A DNA stretch of 64,000 nt from an uncultured Bacteroides sp. (GTDB lineage Bacteria > Bacteroidota > Bacteroidia > Bacteroidales > Bacteroidaceae): the NCBI GenBank assembly GCA_944322355.1, contig CALUOT010000003.1:1549-65548 (forward strand). The letters run 5' to 3'. Positions 10,081 to 18,695 of the stretch are shown here, in pieces (position 1 is the stretch's first letter; each line of letters begins with the position of its first letter). The notes under the pieces are model-generated. The model was not told the DNA's origin. It saw only the letters and a program-made list of their open reading frames with translations, and did not search any database. The translations under genes and the position numbers were made by a program.

Positions 10081-10980
10081 TCATCGACTTCCTAAATAGA
10101 GGAAGAACATACCGATGAGCACCAGCACCAGGTCGACGGCTTTGCTCTTAAGATTCTTCTCGTGGAAGAACAGGGCACCGAACAGGAAGGATACGACCAC
10201 GCTACCCCGCCGCACCATGGAGACAATGGACACCATGGAGTCTTCGTAACTCAGGGCGTAGAAGTAGGCGAAGTCGGCTGCTGACAAGAAGATCGATATG
10301 CCCACGATGGTCCACTCCCAGCGGAAGGGCGTGCTGGTGTGGCGACGGGGCATCCATAGGAGCAACAGGATGGGACACATGATGACGACTTGATAAACGT
10401 TGTACCACGACTGTACCAGCATGGGGTTGAGCCGCGTCATCAAGTATTTGTCATAGAGGCCGCTGATGGCTCCCGTCACGGCCGCTAGCACAATGAATAA
10501 TATCCACTTGTTGTGCTGGAAGTCAATGCCCTCTTTTCGCCCCGAACGACTCAGCATGAAGAAGGAAAGCACAGCCAGAAGCACACCGATCCACTGATAG
10601 AGATTCAGTCGCTCGCCAAAGAACAACAAGGCACCTACGAGCACCATCACGGGGCGTGTGGCATTGATGGGGCCTACGATGGTCAGTGGCAAGTGCTTCA
10701 TGCCAAAGTAGCCGAATATCCAGGAGGTGAGGACGATGAACGATTTGAGCAGGATGTATTTATGTTCGTCCCATCCCGCCACGGGCATGTCGAATACCGT
10801 ACCGTGCAACACGTCGGGCTTCAGGAAGGACAACAGGATGAAGGGGACGAATATCAGGCTGGAGAACACGGTGTTGAGGAACAGCACGGGCAGCACGGCA
10901 TTGTCGCGCAACGATTCCTTCTTGAAGGCGTCATAGAATCCCAGCAATACGGCTGAGAGGAAAGCTAAAAGTAACCACAT
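10081..10980 (-). CDS. EamA/DMT family transporter
   Basis: About 10 TM helices in two repeats; FGERL and FHEKN motifs. Confidence 0.88.
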   Translation of the reverse strand: MWLLLAFLSAVLLGFYDAFKKESLRDNAVLPVLFLNTVFSSLIFVPFILLSFLKPDVLHGTVFDMPVAGWDEHKYILLKSFIVLTSWIFGYFGMKHLPLTIVGPINATRPVMVLVGALLFFGERLNLYQWIGVLLAVLSFFMLSRSGRKEGIDFQHNKWILFIVLAAVTGAISGLYDKYLMTRLNPMLVQSWYNVYQVVIMCPILLLLWMPRRHTSTPFRWEWTIVGISIFLSAADFAYFYALSYEDSMVSIVSMVRRGSVVVSFLFGALFFHEKNLKSKAVDLVLVLIGMFFLYLGSR

Positions 10981-11006
10981 AGGGCGAATGGGTGAATGAT
11001 TAAGGG

Positions 11007-11777
11007 TTAATGATTAACGTTGAATAGTTCTTCGGGGTAGGTGATGTCCTCCAGGAAGAGGGCTTGTCCCGGTACCGAAGTCCCTGCCCGGCATCGGTCT
11101 TTCTGCTCGATGACCCCTCGGAAGCCGTCTACCGTCAGCTTGCCACGGCCTACTTCGAGCAACGTGCCCACCACGGCCCGCACCATGTTGCGCAGGAAGC
11201 GGTCGGCCTGGATGGTGAATACCCACGTCACTTCGTCCACCCTGTCCCAACGGGCCTGCATGATGCGGCAGTTGTTGGTCTTGACGTCCGTGTGCAGCTT
11301 GCTGAAGCTGGTGAAGTCGGTGTAGTCGAACAGCGTCCGGGCAGCTTCGTTCATCCGGTCGAAGTCGGGCACGCTGAAGAGGCGGCATCGGTACTGACGG
11401 TCGAAAGGCACCTTGGCCGTGGTCACGTAGTAGCGGTAGAGGCGCGACGTGGCGTCGAACCGGGCATGGGCATCGGGACGTACAGGCCGCAGGCGGTAGA
11501 CGGAGATGTCGGGCGGCAGCAGGCGGTTCAGCTTGTCGGTCATGAAGGCGGTGTCCAGCGGCCGAGGGCTGTCGAAGTGGGCCACCATGAGGCGGGCATG
11601 TACACCGGCATCGGTCCGGCCGGCTCCCACCACGTCGATGGGTTGGCGGAGCAGGGTGGAGAGGGCGCGCATCAGGCATTCCTGCACACTCACGCCGTTG
11701 GGTTGCACTTGCCAGCCGTGGTAGGCCGTGCCGTCGTAGGCCAGGTAGATGAAGTATCGTTGTACGGTATTACACAT
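11007..11777 (-). CDS. truA: tRNA pseudouridine(38-40) synthase
   Basis: [46 protein letters not shown] -7 element at 11814-11821 (-). Confidence 0.96.
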   Translation of the reverse strand: MCNTVQRYFIYLAYDGTAYHGWQVQPNGVSVQECLMRALSTLLRQPIDVVGAGRTDAGVHARLMVAHFDSPRPLDTAFMTDKLNRLLPPDISVYRLRPVRPDAHARFDATSRLYRYYVTTAKVPFDRQYRCRLFSVPDFDRMNEAARTLFDYTDFTSFSKLHTDVKTNNCRIMQARWDRVDEVTWVFTIQADRFLRNMVRAVVGTLLEVGRGKLTVDGFRGVIEQKDRCRAGTSVPGQALFLEDITYPEELFNVNH

Positions 11778-11922
11778 TATATATATAATAGATATAGGCT
11801 AAGAATCGGACGGCAAAGTTACGGATAATCTGCGTATCGGTGGATACAATATCCGTAATTTATCTACAACAGTCAGCCAAAATCTGCTTACCTTTGCACC
11901 CGCAATGACATCGAGAAAGCCC

Positions 11923-13335
11923 ATGAAGCAAAATAAGAAAGACCTGCTGTTGCGCATCCGAAGCGGACAGCCCATGACCCTCCGGCAACAGTTGTACCTC
12001 ACGGTGCAGCTCAGTATCCCGTCTATCCTGGCCCAAATATCGTCCATCATCATGCAGTACATCGACGCTTCGATGGTGGGCAGCCTGGGAGCCAGTGCCT
12101 CGGCCTCCATCGGTCTGGTGTCCACCACCACCTGGTTGTTCATGGGGCTGTGCTCGTCGGCCTCGGCGGGGTTCAACGTGCAGGTGGCCCATCTGCTGGG
12201 GGCAAAGGACATTGCCGGAGCCCGGGCCGTGCTGCGCCAGGCACTGGGCGTGACGCTGGTGTTCAGCACCGTGCTTTGTCTCATCGGGTGCAGCGTCAGC
12301 GGGGCGTTGCCCCATTGGCTGGGTGGAGGCGAGGACATCATACACGACTCGTCCATGTACTTCCTCATCTTCGTCCTCTCGCTGCCCGTGTTCCAGCTGA
12401 ACGTGCTGGCCAGCGGGATGCACCGCAGCAGTGGCAACATGACCATCCCCAGTGCGCTGAACATCCTGATGTGCGTGCTCGACGTCATCTTCAACTATTT
12501 CCTCATCTTCCCCACCCGCGAGGTGGACGTCTTCGGCCTGTCCGTCAGCATGCCCGGCGCGGGACTGGGCGTCACGGGAGCCGCGCTGGGTACGGCACTG
12601 GCCATGGTGGTCACGGCCTCGCTCATGCTCTATACCCTCTGCGCCCGTTCGCCCGAACTGAGCCTCGTAGGGCGGGGCGAACGTTTCCGGCTGACCCGTT
12701 CGTGCCTGCGCAATGCCCTGCGCATCGGCCTGCCCATGGGGTGCGAACGCATCATCATGTGCGGGGCGCAAATCATGACCACCGTCATCGTGGCTCCGCT
12801 GGGCACGGTGGCCATCGCTGCCAACGCCTTCGGTATCACGGCCGAGAGTCTCTGCTACATGCCCGGCTACGGGGTGAGCGACGCCGCGACTACCCTCGTG
12901 GGCCAGAGCCTGGGGGCCGGCCGGAAGGACCTGACCTGGCGCTTTGCCCGCATCACCGTGTTCATGGGCATCGGCGTGATGACGCTGATGGGCGTCGTGC
13001 TCTACGTGGCTGCGCCGCTGATGATAGGCATCATGACGCCCGATGCCGATGTGCTCGACCTCGCCGTCCGCGCCTTGCGCATCGAAGCCTTTGCCGAGCC
13101 GATGTTTGCCGCCTCCATCGTATGCTACGGGGTCTTTGTCGGCGCGGGCGATACGCTGCTGCCCGCCGTCATGAACCTGGCCAGCATCTGGGGCGTGCGC
13201 CTGACACTCGCCGCCCTGCTTGCCCCCACGATGGGATTGCTGGGCGTGTGGCTGGCCATGTGCATCGAGCTGTGCTTCCGGGGCGTCATCTTCCTCCTCC
13301 GTCTGTATAAGGGTAATTGGATGAAGCGGCTGTAG
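11923..13335 (+). CDS. MATE family efflux transporter
   Basis: IDASMVGSLG, TTLVGQSLGAG, GAGDT, about 12 TM. The -7 element TACCTTTG at 11889-11896 favours ATG 11923 over 11905. Confidence 0.92.
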   Translation: MKQNKKDLLLRIRSGQPMTLRQQLYLTVQLSIPSILAQISSIIMQYIDASMVGSLGASASASIGLVSTTTWLFMGLCSSASAGFNVQVAHLLGAKDIAGARAVLRQALGVTLVFSTVLCLIGCSVSGALPHWLGGGEDIIHDSSMYFLIFVLSLPVFQLNVLASGMHRSSGNMTIPSALNILMCVLDVIFNYFLIFPTREVDVFGLSVSMPGAGLGVTGAALGTALAMVVTASLMLYTLCARSPELSLVGRGERFRLTRSCLRNALRIGLPMGCERIIMCGAQIMTTVIVAPLGTVAIAANAFGITAESLCYMPGYGVSDAATTLVGQSLGAGRKDLTWRFARITVFMGIGVMTLMGVVLYVAAPLMIGIMTPDADVLDLAVRALRIEAFAEPMFAASIVCYGVFVGAGDTLLPAVMNLASIWGVRLTLAALLAPTMGLLGVWLAMCIELCFRGVIFLLRLYKGNWMKRL

Positions 13336-13353
13336 GCCCGCCCCTCCCTGCTC

Positions 13354-13650
13354 GGGGGCACCCCGCACTGGTAGGCTGGGGGAGTCCCACACAGGTAGGC
13401 TACAGCGTACCCACACTTGCTACCTGTGAGGCTGAATATCCCGTACGGGATATGATTCATATCCCGCTTTGGATTTAGTTATATCCCGCACGGGATATTT
13501 AAAAATTCGCTACGGGATAATGCTGAATCACAAGGTGGATATTTAGCTCAACAGGCAGCGAGTGTGGGTACGCTGTAGCATACGAGTGTGGAGCTACCGT
13601 AGCTTGCGGGTGTGGAACTCCCGTAGCCTTGTAGGGGCAGGTACTCCTGC
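13354..13650. repeat. Composite palindromic/MITE-like element: 43-bp inverted arms around palindromic 22-23 bp units, flanked by degenerate 24-bp units
   Basis: Arms 13399-13441 and 13537-13579 are 37/43 complementary (outer 19 perfect); perfect palindrome ATATCCCGTACGGGATAT at 13436-13453; ATATCCCG recurs at 13459 and 13481. Confidence 0.85.
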
Positions 13651-13654
13651 CATG

Positions 13655-13721
13655 GAACGCAGAGGGGCGCAGAAGAAAATAATTCTGTGTCAGTCCGCGT
13701 CTTTCTGCGTCTTCTGCGTTC
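13655..13721. repeat. REP-like hairpin (GAACGCAGA...TCTGCGTTC)
   Basis: Terminal 9-bp inverted repeat with internal CGCAGA/TCTGCG copies. Confidence 0.6.
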
Positions 13722-13813
13722 TGAATGAAAAGGCATAATTGCAGATTACGTTCGGTAGTGCCCGAAAAGTTTGTATCTTTGCGACTCGTAAACCATAAAT
13801 AGATAGATGACTT

Positions 13814-14989
13814 ATGACGTACAATTTTGATGAACCCATCGTCCGCCGGGGCACGAACTGTGTGAAGTGGGACGAAGCTACGAATGACAAGATATTGCCG
13901 TTCTGGGTGGCCGACATGGATTTCCGTGTGGCCCAGCCCATCATCGACGCCCTCAGGCGACGGATGGAGCACGGGGTGTTTGGTTACACCCATGTGCCGG
14001 ATGCCTACTACCGGGCCGTGGTCGACTGGTTCGGCCGTCGGCATCAGTGGACGATTGAAAAGGAGTGGATACTCTATACGTCGGGCGTGATACCCGCCAT
14101 TGCCGCCATCCTCAAGGCCGTGACCCTGCCGGGCGAGAAGGTGCTGATGCAGACGCCGGTGTACAACTGCTTCTATTCGTGCATCCGCAACTGCGGTTGT
14201 CAGGTGGCCAGCAACCCGCTCATCAACGACAACGGGACCTACCGCATCGACTTCGAGGACCTGGAGCGGAAAGCGGCCGACCCGCTGACCCGGGTGCTGA
14301 TCCTGTGCAACCCGCACAACCCCGCAGGCCGCGTATGGACCCGGGAAGAGTTGCAGCGCATCGGCGACATCTGTCTGAAGCATCAGGTATTTGTCATTGC
14401 CGACGAGATACACTGCGAGCTGGTGATGCCGGGACATACCTACACGCCCTACGCTTCGTTGGGAGAAGCCTACCAGCGCCACAGTGCTACGTGCAATTCG
14501 CCCAGCAAGTCGTTCAACATCGCCGGTTTGCAGATAGCCAACATCGTGGTGGAAGACCAGCCGATACGTACCCACATCGACCGCGCCATCAACATCAACG
14601 AGACGTGCGACGTGAATCCCTTCGGCGTGGAGGCACTGATAGCCGCCTATAACGAGGGCGAGGAATGGCTGACCCAACTCAATGCCTATCTGTGGAAGAA
14701 CTACGAGTATATGCGCCGGTTCTGTGAGGCGAATCTCCCGCAGTTCCCCATCTCCCGCCTGGAAGGTACTTACCTGGTGTGGATGGATTGCCGGGCCTTG
14801 TCCGCCTCGTCCGAAGCCCTGGAACAGAGCCTGATGGATGAGGCCGGGATATGGCTGAATGCCGGTGCCATGTATGGTCCGGAGGGCGAAGGCTTCATGC
14901 GCTGGAACATCGCTTGCCCGCAAGCCCAGCTGGCTGAGGGGCTCAACCGGTTCCTGCATTACGTAACCCATAAGATGAAACGCCGATGA
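13814..14989 (+). CDS. MalY/PatB family PLP-dependent cystathionine beta-lyase
   Basis: WVADMDF, HGVFGY, LCNPHNPAGRVW, DEIH, SPSKSFNIAGL (PLP Lys), EGTYLVWMD; -7 TATCTTTG at 13774-13781. Confidence 0.93.
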   Translation: MTYNFDEPIVRRGTNCVKWDEATNDKILPFWVADMDFRVAQPIIDALRRRMEHGVFGYTHVPDAYYRAVVDWFGRRHQWTIEKEWILYTSGVIPAIAAILKAVTLPGEKVLMQTPVYNCFYSCIRNCGCQVASNPLINDNGTYRIDFEDLERKAADPLTRVLILCNPHNPAGRVWTREELQRIGDICLKHQVFVIADEIHCELVMPGHTYTPYASLGEAYQRHSATCNSPSKSFNIAGLQIANIVVEDQPIRTHIDRAININETCDVNPFGVEALIAAYNEGEEWLTQLNAYLWKNYEYMRRFCEANLPQFPISRLEGTYLVWMDCRALSASSEALEQSLMDEAGIWLNAGAMYGPEGEGFMRWNIACPQAQLAEGLNRFLHYVTHKMKRR

Positions 14990-15672
14990 AGAAGCGTACT
15001 CTACAGGCCCTGCCCGCCTTCTTGCTGGCAGGGCTTACCTTGACATCGACCTTTGCCGGATGCAAGGAGAAAGACATGTCGCTGAAGCTCAACACGCCCC
15101 GCAACATTCACGGGGTGGCCAACTTCGGACGCACGTTCGGCGATTTGAACAAGACACAGTTGAACGTGGCTCAGGCTATCGGCATCGCCCCCATTGCCTC
15201 GCGGGAAGAAGCCGAACACATGACCGACCGACTGACCTGCATCGAGGCGAACGAGCGGTATGCCATCGACTCGCTGACGCACTCCATCCCTTACCTGATA
15301 CCGGGAGCTGCTGCGCTGCTGGACACCATCGGGCAGAACTTCCTGGACTCTTTGACCTCCAAGGGACTGAATCCGAACAAGGTTATCGTGACCTCTGTCC
15401 TCCGTACCGAGAACGATGTGAAACGCCTGCGTCGGCGCAATACCAATGCCACTACGCGCTCCACGCATTCCTATGGCACTACCTTCGACATCAGTTGGAA
15501 GCGCTTCGAGAAGGTGGAAGACCCAAACGGACGCCCCCTACAGGATGTTTCGGCCGATACGCTGAAACTGGTACTGGCCGAAGTGCTGCGCGACTTGCGT
15601 AAGCGTGAGTGTTGCTATGTGAAGTATGAAATCAGGCAAGCCTGCTTCCACATTACCACAAGAAAGCCTTAA
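14986..15672 (+). CDS. DUF5715 family lipoprotein
   Basis: Lipobox FAGC; VTSVLRT, HSYGTTFDIS, YVKYE...CFHIT; ATGA overlap with the upstream gene. Confidence 0.8.
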   Translation: MKKRTLQALPAFLLAGLTLTSTFAGCKEKDMSLKLNTPRNIHGVANFGRTFGDLNKTQLNVAQAIGIAPIASREEAEHMTDRLTCIEANERYAIDSLTHSIPYLIPGAAALLDTIGQNFLDSLTSKGLNPNKVIVTSVLRTENDVKRLRRRNTNATTRSTHSYGTTFDISWKRFEKVEDPNGRPLQDVSADTLKLVLAEVLRDLRKRECCYVKYEIRQACFHITTRKP

Positions 15673-15684
15673 GCGGTCATCCGC

Positions 15685-17205
15685 TTAGGCTTCTTCCAAT
15701 GCCTGCCAGGCCAGGGGCAATGCCTGGACCAGGTCTCCCGCCGTCATCCCCGTCATGCCATAACGCTTGCGGGCTATGTCGCCTGCCACGCCGTGTATGT
15801 AGACACCCAGCCGTGCCGCTATGCCCGGTTCGTAGCCTTGTGCCAATAGGGCTGTAAGCACTCCTGTCAGCACGTCGCCACTGCCTCCGGTGGCCATGCC
15901 CGGGTTTCCGGTGGGATTGAACCAGCATTTCCCTTCCGGTGTAATCACGGCGGAATATGCTCCTTTCAATACGATGTGTACCCCGGCACTGCGGGCCAAC
16001 TGACGGGCTTTGTCCAACCGTTCGTAGGAGTTCCGACATTTGCCCACCAGCCGTTCCAGTTCTTTGGGATGGGGCGTGAGGATACTGCCCTGAGGCAAGC
16101 GGCCCAAGTATTCGCGATGTTCTCCCAGGATATTCAGCGCGTCAGCATCGAGTACCATCGGTGTCTGGCAGTCATCCAGTTGTTGCAGTACGGCTTCCAC
16201 TGTCTCCGGTCGGGTGCCCAGTCCCGGTCCCATGCCTATAGCCTGATAGTCGTCCGTATCGGTTGCCTCTGAAAAACAGGTTTCACTGTAATCCAGTTCG
16301 GTCATCGCTTCGGGTACCGCCGTTTGTACGATGAAGTTGTTGCAGAAAGGCACATGCACCGTCAGCAATCCCACCCCCGAACGCAGGCAAGCCTTTGCCG
16401 CCAGTACCGAAGCCCCTGCCATGCCCTGCGAACCGGCAATGAGCAATGCCCGGCCGAAGTTCCCTTTGTGCGCAAACTTGTCGCGGGGTTTCAGCAAGGT
16501 GAGTATATCGTCGTCTTCCGTCAAGGCATAGTCTGTATCGGTCTCTTCCATGGCCTGAGCGCTCAATCCGATGTCCAGCAATTGCCACTTGCCTACATAG
16601 GGGGCATTTTCGGGGAAGAGGAAGGCCAGTTTGGGTAATTGCAGGCTCAGTGTCAGGTCGGCACGAATGATGTGTGCTTGTATGTTGTAGGAATTATCTT
16701 CACCCATCAGTCCCGATGGCACGTCAATGGCTACCACTTGGGCAGACGACGCATTGATATACTTCACCACAGCGGCGAAACCTCCCCCTAACGGTTTATT
16801 CAGTCCGCTACCGAAAAGACCGTCTACCACGACATGCGCTGCCGTCAATTGTGGAGGAGAGAATTGGGTAGAAACTTCATGAAAGTCCACTCCTTGCATC
16901 GTAACCAGCCGTTCTCGGTTAGTTTGGCAATCGTCAGACAAATGTCCCTGAGGATTGAACAGATATACCGCTGGTCGATAGCCACGTTCCGCCAGCAGCC
17001 GCGCCACGGCCAACGCATCGCCGCCATTATTGCCCGGGCCAGCGAATATAACAAAAGGAGTCGAGGGGGTGTTCCATCGGGTTATAAGGGCATCAGTCAG
17101 TGCCTGTGCTGCCCGTTCCATCAGGTCGATAGAAGCTATCGGTTCATGTTCGATTGTATAAGCATCCAGTTGCTTAATGCTTGAAGTAGGAAATATTTTC
17201 ATCAT
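15685..17205 (-). CDS. nnr: Bifunctional NAD(P)H-hydrate epimerase/dehydratase
   Basis: LMERAA, GPGNNGGD, DGLFGSG, HKGNFG, LDADALN, LTPHPKE, GGSGDVLTG; -7 TACTTTTG at 17230-17237 (-). Confidence 0.95.
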   Translation of the reverse strand: MMKIFPTSSIKQLDAYTIEHEPIASIDLMERAAQALTDALITRWNTPSTPFVIFAGPGNNGGDALAVARLLAERGYRPAVYLFNPQGHLSDDCQTNRERLVTMQGVDFHEVSTQFSPPQLTAAHVVVDGLFGSGLNKPLGGGFAAVVKYINASSAQVVAIDVPSGLMGEDNSYNIQAHIIRADLTLSLQLPKLAFLFPENAPYVGKWQLLDIGLSAQAMEETDTDYALTEDDDILTLLKPRDKFAHKGNFGRALLIAGSQGMAGASVLAAKACLRSGVGLLTVHVPFCNNFIVQTAVPEAMTELDYSETCFSEATDTDDYQAIGMGPGLGTRPETVEAVLQQLDDCQTPMVLDADALNILGEHREYLGRLPQGSILTPHPKELERLVGKCRNSYERLDKARQLARSAGVHIVLKGAYSAVITPEGKCWFNPTGNPGMATGGSGDVLTGVLTALLAQGYEPGIAARLGVYIHGVAGDIARKRYGMTGMTAGDLVQALPLAWQALEEA

Positions 17206-17303
17206 ATATAAGCTATTTTTTCAATCGTGCAAAAGTAGTCATTCCGCTTCTATTTCGCAAATGAAAAGAAATCGCTACCTTTGCGCCGACTAATATTTAC
17301 TCT

Positions 17304-17846
17304 ATGAATACCATTCAAATTAAAGACAAGACATTTGCTGTTTCTATCCGCGAGGAAGACATCTTGCGGGAAGTGTCGCGCGTGGCCGATGAAATCAATC
17401 GTGACCTTGCCGGCAAAAAACCGATATTCCTCAGCGTGCTGAACGGCTCGTTCATGTTTACTGCCGATTTGATGAAGCGCATCACCATTCCTTGTGAAAT
17501 CTCGTTTGTTAAATTGGCCTCTTATCAGGGGGTGACCTCTACTGGAGTTATCAAGGAAGTTATCGGTCTGAACGAAGACATCAGCGGACGTACGGTGGTT
17601 GTGGTAGAGGATATTGTAGACACAGGGCTTACTATGCAACGCCTGCTGGAAACACTGGGTACACGAGGCCCCAGCGAAATACATATCGCTACCCTGCTGG
17701 TTAAACCCGATAAGTTGAAAGTGGACCTCAACATTGAATATGCCGCCATGCGCATACCCAACGACTTTATTGTGGGCTACGGGCTGGATTACGATGGCAT
17801 GGGGCGAAACTACAAGGATATTTATACAGTAATTAATGAAGAATGA
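17304..17846 (+). CDS. hpt: Hypoxanthine phosphoribosyltransferase
   Basis: VLNGSFMF, VVEDIVDTGLT (PRPP motif), FIVGYGLDY; -7 TACCTTTG at 17276-17283. Confidence 0.96.
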   Translation: MNTIQIKDKTFAVSIREEDILREVSRVADEINRDLAGKKPIFLSVLNGSFMFTADLMKRITIPCEISFVKLASYQGVTSTGVIKEVIGLNEDISGRTVVVVEDIVDTGLTMQRLLETLGTRGPSEIHIATLLVKPDKLKVDLNIEYAAMRIPNDFIVGYGLDYDGMGRNYKDIYTVINEE

Positions 17847-17871
17847 AGAATCTTAATTAATAAAATACATT

Positions 17872-18447
17872 ATGCTGAACATTGTAATTTTCGGTGCTCC
17901 TGGGTCTGGTAAGGGCACACAAAGTGAAAGAATTGTAGCCAAATATGGCATTAACCACATCTCTACCGGTGACGTACTACGGGCTGAAATTAAAGCCGGT
18001 ACCGAACTGGGACAAACCGCCAAAGGGTATATTGACCAAGGACAACTATTACCTGATAATCTTATTATTGATATCTTGGCTTCTACACTTGACGGATTGA
18101 AGGAATCGAAAGGCGTCATTTTCGATGGCTTTCCTCGCACTATCGCACAAGCAGAAGCACTGAAGAAGATGCTGGCCGAACGCAATCAAACCGTATCTGT
18201 CATGCTCGACCTTGACGTACCCGAAGACGAATTGATGCATCGTCTCATACTCCGTGGACAGCAAAGCGGACGCGCCGATGACAATGAGGAGACCATTCGT
18301 AAACGTCTTACGGTATATCACAGTCAAACGGCTCCCCTTATCGATTGGTATAAACAAGAAGGACTTTACGCCCACATCAATGGATTGGGTGAACTGGATG
18401 TTATCACTTCCGATATTTGCCAAGCTATTGACAAAGCTGTAAAATAA
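17872..18447 (+). CDS. adk: Adenylate kinase (short LID)
   Basis: GAPGSGKGTQ, HISTGD, DGFPRT, GRADDN. Confidence 0.97.
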   Translation: MLNIVIFGAPGSGKGTQSERIVAKYGINHISTGDVLRAEIKAGTELGQTAKGYIDQGQLLPDNLIIDILASTLDGLKESKGVIFDGFPRTIAQAEALKKMLAERNQTVSVMLDLDVPEDELMHRLILRGQQSGRADDNEETIRKRLTVYHSQTAPLIDWYKQEGLYAHINGLGELDVITSDICQAIDKAVK

Positions 18448-18476
18448 CGTAAACTTGATATAAAAACCGACTTGTG

Positions 18477-18508
18477 AGGGTGTGTCATAATGGGTGGCAC
18501 ACCCTTTT
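18477..18508 (+). terminator. Intrinsic terminator after adk
   Basis: AGGGTGTGTCAT / GTGGCACACCCT stem followed by TTT. Confidence 0.7.
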
Positions 18509-18526
18509 CACTATCTCGATATATAT

Positions 18527-18614
18527 TCCAAGGCTTAGAGACATTCACTCCAAGGCTTAGAGATATCCGCTCCAAGGCTTAGAGACATTCACTCTAAGGC
18601 TTAGAGACAATATC
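18527..18614. repeat. Tandem repeat, 4 x 22 bp (TCCAAGGCTTAGAG + 8 variable nt)
   Basis: Units start at 18527, 18549, 18571, 18593; tails ACATTCAC, ATATCCGC, ACATTCAC, ACAATATC. Confidence 0.95.
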
Positions 18615-18695
18615 AAGGTAGCGCAAAGGGAAGACCGGGGCAGCACGAAAGGGGCGTGCAAGCAGCGGGATGGCCTTGATTATTATAATATATGA

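Noticed and set aside
11860-13416. Long antisense/alternate-frame ORFs (518 aa here; also 6796-7797, 13499-14971, 28307-29443, 50834-52090)
   Set aside because: They shadow well-supported genes, as expected from codon bias, and show no motifs.
18527-18614. CRISPR or TIGR-like guide array (also considered for 29425-29562 and 49654-49745)
   Set aside because: Variable parts are only about 8-12 nt and recur, units are 22-24 bp, and no cas or Nop-domain gene is present in the window.
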